The notes under the pieces are model-generated. The model saw nothing but the letters and a program-made list of their open reading frames with translations. It ran no database searches and was not told the DNA's origin. A program made the translations under genes and the position numbers. A stretch of 64,000 nucleotides of DNA from Armatimonadota bacterium (GTDB lineage: Bacteria; Armatimonadota; HRBIN16), in the NCBI GenBank assembly GCA_963677485.1, contig OY781964.1, positions 128,001 through 192,000 on the forward strand. Reading direction: 5' to 3'. Below, one piece after another: positions 39,047 to 49,900 of the stretch (position 1 is the stretch's first letter; each line of letters opens with the position of its first letter).

Positions 39047-41614
39047 ATGTCCATAACTAGAACACCCGTATACATCGTGCAGCATAACCACTTCGACCCC
39101 ACGTGGCGACGGTGCTGGGACCGCACTTTTGATTACAAGGGAGACCGATATAGATCCTATGCCGATCTGGAGGAGCGGTTCATCAAGGCCTGGATAGAGA
39201 ACGCCCGTTCTGGAGCCACCTTCTCAGAAGGCCAGGCTGTGGTCATCCGCAAGTATCTGGAACGCCACCCAGAGCAGCACGATGAGATGGTCGACTTAGT
39301 GAAGCGAGGTCTGCTGGAGCTGACAGCCGCCGGCGAAACGGTGCCCGACACCAACATGGTCTCAGGGGAAACGCTGCTGCGAAACTTTGTGATGGGGCAG
39401 CGCTATTTCGAGCGAACATTCGGAGTGATCCCCTGCATCGCATGGCTGGAAGATGCGTTTGGTCAGAGTGCCCAAATTCCACAACTGCTGCGCGGTGTGG
39501 GATGTGACTCAGTTCAGGCTCTTTATTACAAGCGCGTGCCCGGCAGCTATTGGAAGGGTTTGGACGGCAGCGTGCTGTTCACCGGCATGGCACCAAACCA
39601 GCCTGGACTCGGTAACAACATTAAACTAAATCCATGCTCAGAATGTCATGGAATGGGCTGTGAAAGCTGTCATGACACTGGGCTTGGTGACCAGAGTGCG
39701 ATGTCCGACCAGCAGATACTCGATGCGCTAATGGCTCCCGAGTTGGCTGACCACCCATTCAATTTGATAGTAATCGGTGGGGAGGAGACGATCCCCAGCC
39801 TCAATCTGCCGCAGCTTGTTGCAGATGCCGCAGCGGCACGAGATGATGTGGAGTTCATCTATGGCGGCTATGACTGCATCACCAAACATATGGCTGCAGA
39901 GTTCGCCAAGATTTACGATGAAAACATCGAGGTCTCTGACCAGATGGAAGCCAACCCGGTCTCCACAGGCTGTTATGTGGACCGGATCAAGCTCAAACAG
40001 CGGGTGCGGAAGGTTGAGAATCTGCTCAACGCCGCCGAACGCTGGGCTACGGTCGCCTCGCTGCTGGGAGCCGAATACCCCACCGAGCTTCTGCTGACAT
40101 CATGGCGCAACATGGTGTTCCTGGCCTTCCATGACGCCATCACCTGCGACCATCTGGATTCCTCATATGAGGAGCTGATGGACATGCTCGATATCGCAGA
40201 AACAGGGGCGTCGACCATTCAAAGCCAGGCCTTGACACATATCGAAAGCTTGATGGCCACCAGTGCAGACCAAAAGCGGCTGGTGCTGTATAACTCCGAA
40301 AGTTGGCCACGAACCGACCTGATCACACTCACCATTCCGAACACCCAGGGGTTACCTGCCCTCATCAAGCCTGATGGCCAGCCAGTTGAGATTCTGGATG
40401 CCTCCGCCAGGGGACGCAACGTGACGGTCAGCTTCCACGCCCCTGAGGTACCCAAAGTTGGATATTGCAGTCTGAGCTTAGTGGAGGACACAGCCCCAAT
40501 CCATAACGGTGAGGTGACCTCTGGCCCTGGCAGCATAGAGAACAAGTTCTACCGGATGGAAGTGAGTGATTTTGGTATCACCTCGCTGATCGACAAACGG
40601 AGTGGCACCGAACAACTCGACACCAGTCGCTATCTGCTGAATGAGTTGATACTTGAGGAAGACATCGGACATCCCTGGGGCACGATGCAGCCGCCCAGCT
40701 TTGAAGAGGGTTTGTCAAAATACACCACCAGGGTTCAGATCCGTCGAACTCCTGGCATGAGCGAAATAGCGATCACCGGCCAGTATAAGGGCGATGACGC
40801 GGGCACATACCGGCTGAGCTGGCGGCAGGTGACACGCCTCTACAAGGGCAGCGAGCGGATCGACTTTCACACAGACGTGAACTGGGATTCCGCACAGCGT
40901 CGGCTACGGATCGCCTTCCCCACCATACTGCACGCAGCTGAGGCCGTCTATTCCATACCCTACGGCGCGATCACACGGGATCCGTATGAGCCCGAGATGA
41001 ATGTAATGTTCAGCACCAACGGCGATTGGCCGACGGTCAACTGGCTCGATATCTACGATGCAACCACCAACCGGGGCGTTGCTCTCATCAACACCGGCAC
41101 GCCCTCTCACAAAGTGATCGACGGGGTGATATACCTGTCTATTCTCAGAAGCCCCATCGATAGCTGGTGCTTGAATGAACCGGAGTTCTACGACTGCCCC
41201 GACTACGACGGTGCTAGAGATGCGGGTCAGCACGAGTTCAGATACAGCCTGATCCCTCATACCGGTGACTACGGAACGGCTGGGATAGAGAAACGGGCCA
41301 GGGAGATGAACACCCCCATCACGGCACACGTCGTGGATAGTAAGGGCACAGGATCACTGCCGGCCCGGAACTCATTCCTGGATTTTCAAGCCTCCGACAA
41401 TGTGATTATCACCGCCATCAAAAAGGCCGACCAGGGCGATGCCATCATCGTACGGTTGGCGGAGACGGCAGGATTGCCCGGTGTCGCTGTGGTATGGGTA
41501 GATGATGTATCTTCGCAAGTATCGCTGGTGAACTACCTGGAACACGGCGATCAGCCGCTATGCGGCCTCATCGACGTTGGACCATTTAAGGTGCTGACAG
41601 TGAAGCTTGAGTAA
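39047..41614 (+). CDS. GH38 alpha-mannosidase-like protein
   Basis: HNHFDPTW, PDTNMVSGETLLRN, WLEDAFGQSAQIPQ, FHDAI, LSILRSP, DAGQHEFRYSL, AIKKADQ. Confidence 0.88.
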   Translation: MSITRTPVYIVQHNHFDPTWRRCWDRTFDYKGDRYRSYADLEERFIKAWIENARSGATFSEGQAVVIRKYLERHPEQHDEMVDLVKRGLLELTAAGETVPDTNMVSGETLLRNFVMGQRYFERTFGVIPCIAWLEDAFGQSAQIPQLLRGVGCDSVQALYYKRVPGSYWKGLDGSVLFTGMAPNQPGLGNNIKLNPCSECHGMGCESCHDTGLGDQSAMSDQQILDALMAPELADHPFNLIVIGGEETIPSLNLPQLVADAAAARDDVEFIYGGYDCITKHMAAEFAKIYDENIEVSDQMEANPVSTGCYVDRIKLKQRVRKVENLLNAAERWATVASLLGAEYPTELLLTSWRNMVFLAFHDAITCDHLDSSYEELMDMLDIAETGASTIQSQALTHIESLMATSADQKRLVLYNSESWPRTDLITLTIPNTQGLPALIKPDGQPVEILDASARGRNVTVSFHAPEVPKVGYCSLSLVEDTAPIHNGEVTSGPGSIENKFYRMEVSDFGITSLIDKRSGTEQLDTSRYLLNELILEEDIGHPWGTMQPPSFEEGLSKYTTRVQIRRTPGMSEIAITGQYKGDDAGTYRLSWRQVTRLYKGSERIDFHTDVNWDSAQRRLRIAFPTILHAAEAVYSIPYGAITRDPYEPEMNVMFSTNGDWPTVNWLDIYDATTNRGVALINTGTPSHKVIDGVIYLSILRSPIDSWCLNEPEFYDCPDYDGARDAGQHEFRYSLIPHTGDYGTAGIEKRAREMNTPITAHVVDSKGTGSLPARNSFLDFQASDNVIITAIKKADQGDAIIVRLAETAGLPGVAVVWVDDVSSQVSLVNYLEHGDQPLCGLIDVGPFKVLTVKLE

Positions 41615-41713
41615 TATCTGGGCGCGGATGGCATTGGGCGGGGAGACCGCGCCCACATGACGTGCCACACCCGGGGCAGGATTAAACGACAACACATATG
41701 TGACGGCTCACAT

Positions 41714-41735
41714 ATTATATCGTATGTGATATAAT
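41714..41735 (+). promoter_or_regulatory. Palindromic operator overlapping an extended -10 promoter
   Basis: ATTATATC-N6-GATATAAT; the right arm overlaps TG-A-TATAAT just upstream of the XRE gene RBS. Confidence 0.6.
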
Positions 41736-41761
41736 CGATGTGTGCGAAGGAGGAACACCCC

Positions 41762-42034
41762 ATGACCTACAAGGAGTACAAGCAGGCTGTGCTGGCGAAC
41801 GACCCCGAGCTCCGCAAAGAGTATGAGGCACTTGCCCCTCAGTACAAAATGATCAATGCCGTGATTGCCGCCCGTACCCAACAGAATATGACACAGGCTG
41901 AACTTGCAGTTCGGTCCGACACAAAACAAAGTAACATCAGTCGTTTTGAAAGCGGAAACTACAACCCGTCTGTGGAATTCCTTCTCAAGATCGCAAAAGC
42001 ACTGGGCAAACAGCTTGACATAACGCTCAGCTAG
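41762..42034 (+). CDS. XRE-family HTH protein (HigA-like antitoxin) without adjacent toxin
   Basis: LANDPELRKEYEAL...ARTQQNMTQAELA...KQSNISRFESGNYNPSVEFLLKIAKALG; GGAGG RBS. Confidence 0.85.
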   Translation: MTYKEYKQAVLANDPELRKEYEALAPQYKMINAVIAARTQQNMTQAELAVRSDTKQSNISRFESGNYNPSVEFLLKIAKALGKQLDITLS

Positions 42035-42131
42035 CCCCACCACACGCTTGCCTCTGCTGACGGTTCTTCTTTGGAGGCATGTTATTCATGCAAGGCCCGC
42101 GCCCCGGCGCGTCACTCCTCGCCCCTACCGA

Positions 42132-43337
42132 TTACCCGCCGGGCAGATAGCGGTTGCCGAAGCCGACCACCTGCTCGTTGCTGCGGTAAGCTGGTGGCGC
42201 AGGATTGAGCCACCTCAGCAGATCGTCCTTCATCGAGAAGGCGTAGAAGTGCGTGCCCTTGGGGTTGTAATGGCCAATGAACAGACGTCGGGCATACGTC
42301 CAGGCATCCACCCGGAAATCCTTGAAGTCCTGCACATGCTTCTCAATCGCATCGATGTAGGGATACCCGCTCTGATGCAGCCAGTCAGAGAAGCCCTGGT
42401 CGTGGCGAGGCCGTCCTTCCAACACATCGACCACATGAGCATCACCATAGCTCTGCATGATCATCAACTTGCGGTTCGTGCGTTTTGCCCATACAAAGGC
42501 CCGGTTGACGATTTCGATACTGGCACGGTGCGCATACTCGTCGTAGGTGGTTTGGTTGCTCTGCCAGACATGCTCAGGATTGTCCCACTGCAGTGACAGA
42601 CCAAACATCTCAGCCGTCTGCTTAATCTGGTCGAGTGGCACGTCGGTGCAGTGTTGCTGGACCATATACATCTGCGTCACCACATCGTATGTGAATGTCG
42701 ATTGGATGTAATCAGGGTCAGTCAGCGCATACAGCGACTGGGGTGTGGGGCAGAGGCTTTTATGCTCCTCGAGGGCACCATTTTGCGGATTGAAGCGCAC
42801 GTAGTCCCATGGGTTGCTGTGGAACATATATGCGGCTTCTTTCGCGTTGAACCACGGGATGCAGCGCATATACCGGAAGCTGTCAATGCTGCGATGGTGA
42901 TCGTCGCTGCCCCAAATGTTCAGCACCACATACTCCGCAGCCGCATCCGTGGCTTCGGTGCGCATCATGCGCCGAAACGCCTGGTACACACCATATCCCC
43001 CCACCCCAAAGTTGCGGATGGGCTCCCCAAAGTGCGCGGCCAGATACTCCTGCCAGGTCTCGCCATCGGAGACCTGATGGCACATGGTAAAGCTGTTGCC
43101 ATATGTATTGATGCGACAAGGCTGATCGCCATAATGAACCATCTGTCGCTCACCATATGGACCGTAGTTGCCAAAGGTCAAGCATTGGTCCATCCCGTCA
43201 CGAACCACGCTGTCGCGCAGGGTGTATCCCAGCTCTGGGTCAAACTTCGCCCAGTTCGGGGCCTCAGGGTCTAAAAAGTGGTCGATCTGTTCTTTACGCA
43301 GAACCAGAGAATCCAGGAATTCGCGCACAGTGGCCAT
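42132..43337 (-). CDS. SGNH/GDSL-hydrolase-like hypothetical protein
   Basis: YGNSFT (block I), NFGVGGYG..QA (block II), GHYNPKG (block V). Confidence 0.6.
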   Translation of the reverse strand: MATVREFLDSLVLRKEQIDHFLDPEAPNWAKFDPELGYTLRDSVVRDGMDQCLTFGNYGPYGERQMVHYGDQPCRINTYGNSFTMCHQVSDGETWQEYLAAHFGEPIRNFGVGGYGVYQAFRRMMRTEATDAAAEYVVLNIWGSDDHHRSIDSFRYMRCIPWFNAKEAAYMFHSNPWDYVRFNPQNGALEEHKSLCPTPQSLYALTDPDYIQSTFTYDVVTQMYMVQQHCTDVPLDQIKQTAEMFGLSLQWDNPEHVWQSNQTTYDEYAHRASIEIVNRAFVWAKRTNRKLMIMQSYGDAHVVDVLEGRPRHDQGFSDWLHQSGYPYIDAIEKHVQDFKDFRVDAWTYARRLFIGHYNPKGTHFYAFSMKDDLLRWLNPAPPAYRSNEQVVGFGNRYLPGG

Positions 43338-43416
43338 AGTTGTCGCCTCACGATGTAAAGAGTTCTATATGAACTGTTTTTATGGAACACATTGAACGTA
43401 CAGATCGGCCTTCAAA

Positions 43417-44676
43417 TCACGCAAGCTTGATGAGCTCACCGCCGCCAGGAGCGAGATCAAGCTCAAGCCAGCCATCGCGTGGGGGCAACGGGATGTACCT
43501 CGCCAGACGGCGGTCGTATATTGTGGATTTGATCTTCTCGCCAAGCTTCAACCGGCAGACCGCAGACTTGGTGTAGTCCTTATTGGCGATCAGTATCACG
43601 CCATTTGTGAACATCCCAAGAGTAAACCGGCCACCCTCAGCTTCACGTATGACGGCGTTGGGTTTGAAAGGCTCGACGGGTTCGGTCTCTGGCCCGACAT
43701 GCATCACCCCCAGACTCCGCTTTTGGTAAAGCAGACGTCCGATGGGTAGTATCTCCTTGTTTACATCCGCGATTTCGGCATAGTTATGCGTGCGTTTGCC
43801 GTCTTCCGTAATACAGGCGTTATGGAAGTTCCATTCATCCATACCAGGTGTCCAGTAGGTGAACCAGCACAGAGCCTTTACACCGTAGGCCAACGCCTGG
43901 TAGCAGTCCCATCGCAGCTCCGCCGGACCTGGGTCGCGGTATGGCCCGTGTGGCAACAGTAAAGTGACCACCACCATGGGCAGCCGATGTTTTTGGCACA
44001 CCTCCCAGGTGATCTGCAGGTTTTCAAGATAGCCTGGCCGGTCCAGTCCTGATCCTTTTCGATCCCAGGCGTTTTCCCAGATCGCCCGATCGCGCTCATT
44101 CAGCTCAGATGGAGGGGCCGGTGCCTTAGAATCAAGCAGCCAGTGATAATGGTCATAACTGACGACTGACGGTTTGACCGCACCAATGAATTCCTCAAGA
44201 TGGTGCCGGTAATCCACCGAACCAAGCTGCTGCGGACTGGCATAGGTCGGGAATAGGTTGATGAAGCTGAGGTGTTTTGAATCAAGCTTTTTCAACTCAG
44301 CCGTGATCTGCCCCAGACGAGGGAATATCTTCGCACTGGGTTCATCGGTTACGAAATAGGCCTCAAGAGCCGGGTGAGATCCAAACTCGTCATCAACCTT
44401 CTTCAGGTCATCGTCAATAGGTCCCTTAGTGCCTATCGCGGTATATATCCTTGGGTCGGCTAATAGCACTTTCATACCCAGATTCTTGCCGATATCGAGA
44501 AGCTTATGGTTAGTATCATCGGAGACAGTGTCTTCTCGAACGCCAGATGAGTTCATGATGCCGGTGCCAGGCGGGCTGATCATGGTAAAACCAGCATCCC
44601 GTATCTCCTTGTATCTCGCCAAAGTGGTTTCACTCGGCGGCGGGCCAAACCAATACATAATATGAAAGCGGTCCAT
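43417..44676 (-). CDS. Glycoside hydrolase-like TIM-barrel protein (clan A / GH42-like)
   Basis: EIRDAGF, HPALEAYFVTDEP, FINLFP, SYDHY, ALAYGVKALCWFTYW. Confidence 0.6.
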   Translation of the reverse strand: MDRFHIMYWFGPPPSETTLARYKEIRDAGFTMISPPGTGIMNSSGVREDTVSDDTNHKLLDIGKNLGMKVLLADPRIYTAIGTKGPIDDDLKKVDDEFGSHPALEAYFVTDEPSAKIFPRLGQITAELKKLDSKHLSFINLFPTYASPQQLGSVDYRHHLEEFIGAVKPSVVSYDHYHWLLDSKAPAPPSELNERDRAIWENAWDRKGSGLDRPGYLENLQITWEVCQKHRLPMVVVTLLLPHGPYRDPGPAELRWDCYQALAYGVKALCWFTYWTPGMDEWNFHNACITEDGKRTHNYAEIADVNKEILPIGRLLYQKRSLGVMHVGPETEPVEPFKPNAVIREAEGGRFTLGMFTNGVILIANKDYTKSAVCRLKLGEKIKSTIYDRRLARYIPLPPRDGWLELDLAPGGGELIKLA

Positions 44677-44713
44677 ATCATCACCTCAGAAGTTTATTAT
44701 GACTATTATAGCA

Positions 44714-45811
44714 TTACGGTAAACTAGCAGAATTACCATACCTTCGGTCCTTCACAACTTTGATTATGCCTCTGGTTGCCAGTTTGAACGCCTTGTAATA
44801 CATCCACCAGCTCCAGCCGATTATCCATAGTATTGTGACGATGAGGAATACCGCTTTCACAGGGTCGGGCAGTCGTTCGCCCGATATTGTGCCCAGTCCC
44901 ATGAATATGCCGAACAGAACCAGCGCACGAGGGCCTTGGCCAAACACATGCGGCCTGCGCGGTGGTTCGCACACGAGGGCTTGCTGGCTGCCTCGCCAAA
45001 ATATCCAGATGAACAGTGCATACAACACCCAGATGCTGATCTGATACCGTAGTGCAGGCATGAAGGCCACCTGAATATTACTTCCTTGTATAAGGAAGAC
45101 CGCCTCAAGAGCAAGCCCCGCACCTAATAACCCTACGCCAGTCGGAAGTCCCTGCTTCATTGGCAGCATCTCGCCTCGGCTGCGACGGTTCCAGATCGTC
45201 ACCAGCAGTGCGATCAAACCAGCGTTTAAAATCATCATGACCGCAGTAAATAAGCCATTACCTTTTGGATGCGTTGTCGCGTTGAATATACCCGTCAGCA
45301 ATCCTAAAATCGCGACCGTCCAGGGTGCCTGCTTCGGATTGAGCAGCACACGGCGCAACTTGACAGGCGTCCAGAGCCTCCACTGTCCAGTGTGCAGACA
45401 GAGCGCATCAGCGACCGCCACCGGGACCAGGAAGCTCATCAGTGGATGGTAGGCCAGAATCACCCATAGAATCGCGGTCATATCGAGCCCTATCAGTCGG
45501 AAACCAGGGGTAGGGAAATAGGGGTGCCATGCGACTTTGGTGATGTATGCTTCATACAGCCCGAACACTGCACCAGCGGCTACCATCACCGCCACATGCG
45601 GCGTGCCGCGACGATGCGTCAGTGCGGCCAGGATCATCGCATGGAGTCCATACAGCGGTATCAAGGCAATCACACCCCATACTGATATCACGCCCGTGGG
45701 CGATGAGCCGGTGACGACCTCTGCGAAGAACACAGAGAGGCAGCTCAAAATCAGCCAGAATAGCCACCGCGGTGCCCCTTTCGGCACCTCAGCTTCGCCC
45801 TGATTCACCAT
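44714..45811 (-). CDS. Multi-pass membrane protein of unknown function
   Basis: Many hydrophobic segments; LSVFFAEVV, PLYGLH, FGLYEAYITK, HPLM. Start ATG 45811. Confidence 0.7.
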   Translation of the reverse strand: MVNQGEAEVPKGAPRWLFWLILSCLSVFFAEVVTGSSPTGVISVWGVIALIPLYGLHAMILAALTHRRGTPHVAVMVAAGAVFGLYEAYITKVAWHPYFPTPGFRLIGLDMTAILWVILAYHPLMSFLVPVAVADALCLHTGQWRLWTPVKLRRVLLNPKQAPWTVAILGLLTGIFNATTHPKGNGLFTAVMMILNAGLIALLVTIWNRRSRGEMLPMKQGLPTGVGLLGAGLALEAVFLIQGSNIQVAFMPALRYQISIWVLYALFIWIFWRGSQQALVCEPPRRPHVFGQGPRALVLFGIFMGLGTISGERLPDPVKAVFLIVTILWIIGWSWWMYYKAFKLATRGIIKVVKDRRYGNSASLP

Positions 45812-45812
45812 G

Positions 45813-46919
45813 TCACATTTCCTTTTTGGTATGCGCAATATTCCGGCTTCGTCGCAGCCGAATGCGATGCGGAGCTATGGCCAGCCGCAATGCTTGAATC
45901 AACATCCATAGACTCCATATGATGCCCGCAAACATGAAGGTCACGTACAGCAGGTTACGCGTCACCGCACCACTGCCGGCGAAACTAAATGAGGTCAACG
46001 TGACAACCCCTCCGAACACCAACAGGGCAACAGACGCAGCCGGCACGCGATGCACCCGAGTGGGCTGCGCAGCCCCGTAGCTCCAACGGCTACTGCGCCA
46101 CATCAACCATACAAATGCCGCATACAGCACCCAAAGGCTGATGGATCCCTGCAGGCCAGGCAGTGCTTCGGGCCGGATCGTCAGGCCCAACAGCATGTAA
46201 TAGATGAGCAGCACGACCGCACACGCCACAAGTTCCAACCCCCTTGGCAGCATGTCCCGCATAGTTCCGTTGCGGCCTTGAGCCATCTTGTGATACCACC
46301 ACACCAAGCCAACGATGAGCAGACTGTGCATACTAACCATCAACCCGGTTCCATGCCACAAGCCAGACTTATCCATCGCCCCCTGCATCACGCCATTCAG
46401 AGCTCCAAACACCACTCCCGCAAGCACGGCGAACCACAGGATGCGTTTGGGGCTCAATACCATTCGGCGTATCCATCTGGGGCTCCAAAACCGCCATTGG
46501 CCGGTGTGAAGCAGCAGTAGGTCCGCTGTCCACAACGGCAGCAGGAACGCCATCAACGGGTGCCAAAATAGAATGACAGATAACAGCGTGGGAATATGAA
46601 TGCCTAATACTACCTGCGAGGGGTCAAACGGATGAGATGGGTTCCACAGCTCCTTGGTGATGTAGGCTTCATAGAGCCCGAATATCACCCCGGCTGCCAC
46701 AACAGACGCCACGTGCGGAGTGCCTTTACGGTGCACCAGCGAACCCAAAATCACCGCGTGAAGCCCATACAACGGCAGCAGCACACCAATACCCCAGCGT
46801 GAGAACAGCCCAGTCGGCGCATAGTTACTGACCACCTCGGCGAAATAGACCGAGAGGCAGCCAAGGATGAGACAGAAGAGAACCCTCTGCCCCTGACGAG
46901 GTAAAATCTGAGTAGGCAT
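45813..46919 (-). CDS. Multi-pass membrane protein, tandem paralog of 44714-45811
   Basis: Same motifs: LSVYFAEVV, PLYGLH, FGLYEAYITK, HPLM, LHTGQWR. Confidence 0.7.
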   Translation of the reverse strand: MPTQILPRQGQRVLFCLILGCLSVYFAEVVSNYAPTGLFSRWGIGVLLPLYGLHAVILGSLVHRKGTPHVASVVAAGVIFGLYEAYITKELWNPSHPFDPSQVVLGIHIPTLLSVILFWHPLMAFLLPLWTADLLLLHTGQWRFWSPRWIRRMVLSPKRILWFAVLAGVVFGALNGVMQGAMDKSGLWHGTGLMVSMHSLLIVGLVWWYHKMAQGRNGTMRDMLPRGLELVACAVVLLIYYMLLGLTIRPEALPGLQGSISLWVLYAAFVWLMWRSSRWSYGAAQPTRVHRVPAASVALLVFGGVVTLTSFSFAGSGAVTRNLLYVTFMFAGIIWSLWMLIQALRLAIAPHRIRLRRSRNIAHTKKEM

Positions 46920-46951
46920 GAATCAACTATAGCAGATTTCAGTACCAGCCA

Positions 46952-49900
46952 TCACGGTATATGCAGTTCATGAGGGCCATTGGCGGACTCCGTCTCACCA
47001 TATGGGCTTTCCGCCATCACAGTCCAGTAATAGCGACCGGGTTTCATCTTCGGTAATACCAGCTTAAGGCCCTTCACAGCGCCGCAACGCCTCCCAGCAG
47101 CCATATCTTTACCCTGTGAGACGATCACCACCCAATGGTCTGCTCCGCTCCGCGCTTCCCAATTCAACTCGATCCCTGTTTCGCCGAAATGCGGCTCTTC
47201 GAGATAGAAAGGCGATGGTATCCGCTGCGTGCATCCAAACCATGACTGGTAATACGAGCCTGACATCCCGGCACTGGCATAGTCACAGAGTTTAAACTCA
47301 TGCCCATCGCCGTCAACTAGCCTGGTCAGCAGCCACGGAGCGTTACTTCCCTTCCACGCGACAGGCTCGATATGGGCACCTGTCATGTTGATTGGGTATT
47401 TGGAGCCCACGGATTGGCTTCTGTCATATCTGGTGTCGCATGACAACAGGATGGGTCCCTGGTATAGGCTCACCTTGTCTGCGTAGTTCTCCTCACCCTT
47501 CCACACCCTCAGCGAAAAATCCAGAGCCAAGTGCAGCACATCACCGGTCTGCCATCGGCGACGCAAGACCATATAGCTGCCAGCAACAGGCTGGGGCTGC
47601 GGTTCGCCGTTCACCGTCACGCGTGTGTGCGCCGACCATTTTGGAATCCGCAAATACACCGTGAACTCCGATGGTTCTGACACCGTAACTTGGATGTTGA
47701 TGTCGCCTTTCGCAGGATACTCAGTCACTTGCTTGAGTGTGATCCGTTGGCCTGTCTCCAGGGTGGCTGACATCGTCGATGGGCCATAATAGTTCAGCAC
47801 CAGACCATCGGACTTCCGCATCAAGGCCCAGTCCGCAATCATGCCTATCGCACGAGGAGCATTGGTAGAACAGCAACTGAGCAGTGGTCCGTCCGCTGGG
47901 CCTTGCACAAGCTCGCCATATTTCCGGCGGCCGTCGGGTTGGTTGGCATAGGCAGCATACGACCCGTCACTCGGGAACGAGCCTAACGCGCTGTTCAGCG
48001 TGCTCCACTCAAGCTCATCGGCGGCTCGTGAGTCACCCGTCAGCTTCAGCATATCTGTAGAGAGCGCAATCCATGCCACGGTGCAGCAGGTCTCGATGGC
48101 CCCTGGGGCATATGGGGTGCCTCGCAGTGCCTCGTCAGTCGTGAACCCTCCCGTGTTATGACGATCGGAGCGCAGCATCGTCCACCACAGATATTCGTAA
48201 GCCTTGCGGTAATCTGAATCTCCATTCAGCCAGTAGAGCTCTGGGAGTGTCTGCGTATTATGAACGCCCTCCCAGCGGCAAGCCGGGAACTCCACTATCG
48301 GCCGATGCTCTTTACCTAGTCTAAAATAGCTCACGCCGTCAAGCTCGTTGCTGGCCTCACTCACAATGTAGTTCGCGAAGTTCAGATAACGCGGCTCCTT
48401 TGTCTCCTTATACAGCAGTACCATCGCGTGGCTCATCGCCTCAGTGCCGCCGCCGATTTTCGGGTAGGCACCTGCCTGAGGACCGTATACCCGAATCACC
48501 AGGTCGGCGGCCTTCTGCGCCGCTTCGAGCGCAGGCTGGTATCCGGTGTCACTGTAGTAGTTCACCAAGCTGTCGATGATGGCGTAGTGGCTCCAGATGT
48601 CGATATGGCCACTGAGGTCAGCAAATGGCCCCAGATACCCATCATCGCGCTGACAGGCGATATACTCCTTCACGAAGCGGTCCATGCGTTTCTTCAAAGC
48701 TTCGTTGTGGGTCAACCGCCAGAGAGCCTGTCCCGAGTTGATATACTGCCCGCCGTAGATGCCAGCCCACGGAAGCAGATCCATCTGAGGACGCTCGCGC
48801 AGTATCCGCAGCATGCCCGGGTTCTTGTCCGGCATATCGATCCAGAACTTCACCAGTTGGTCCACACGCTCACGTAGATAGCCGTCCAGTTCGATGCGGA
48901 GGTCAGCAGGCCGCACCATCTCTGGCTGCACAACTTGAGTCTGTGTTGCCACATCCGCAGGTTTGTTCCAGTCCACGAATGTAAATCGGCGCAGCTCCTT
49001 GGATCGAACCTCACCATAGCTGTTTTTAGCGACCGCAGTCCAGTAGATTGTGGCTGCCCCCGCCTGCTCAGCGCTCAAGTCAAAGCTAGTCTGCTTGCCA
49101 ACGTCGATACTCTTGAGCAATTTCGCAGACTCTCGGTCGGCATAGATGCGTACACAGTATTCATCCGCCCCCACCGAGCCGTTCCACTCCAGCTTTTTCA
49201 CGCCCCTGTGCGCCTGCATCCCATCAAAGGGCAGACATAATGCCGGTGGGGCTGGTAAGCCAGTCGGCTTTCCCATATGCTCCAAATCGCCTGTGGTGAC
49301 CAGCGGGCAGGAATCACTCAGGCTCATGGCTGTCGCAAGAACCCAGACCTTCGGTCGCGCGGCGTTTAACAGGCGGATTTCTTCAATATCACCATTGAAC
49401 TGTGAATCAGGGGCATCTGTGACGCTGCGGCCGTAATACATCCTATCTGGCTTGTCCGCCCCAGCCGGAAGCACACCCGATGCGAATTGCGTCCCGTCCA
49501 GGCTGAGAATACACTCGCCATCAGCACGGGCGGTGAACACCACGCTGTGCCACTGATCGGGGCTCACTCGGTCAACACTCAGTTCACGCCCTGCCCGGTT
49601 TTGCAGCACCAACTTGTGGGTCTCCACAGATAGCTCATAGCGGTCGCTCGAAAACACAGTAAGGTGTCCCTCGCCTCTGGGACGGATCCGGCATGCCAGC
49701 GTGAAATCCTGACCCAAAGTTTTGACGGTCTCTGCCGATGCTTTCAGGAATCCGGGTTGGGCACGGTAAAGGCTGACCCACGGATTGTGATGCCCAAGAT
49801 ACATGCCTGGAGCCCACCCATGCTGCGCCACATGACCAGTTGGCTCCAACCGCAGGCTAATTTTCACAGCGTTGTCCACATTGTTATACAGATGGAACAC

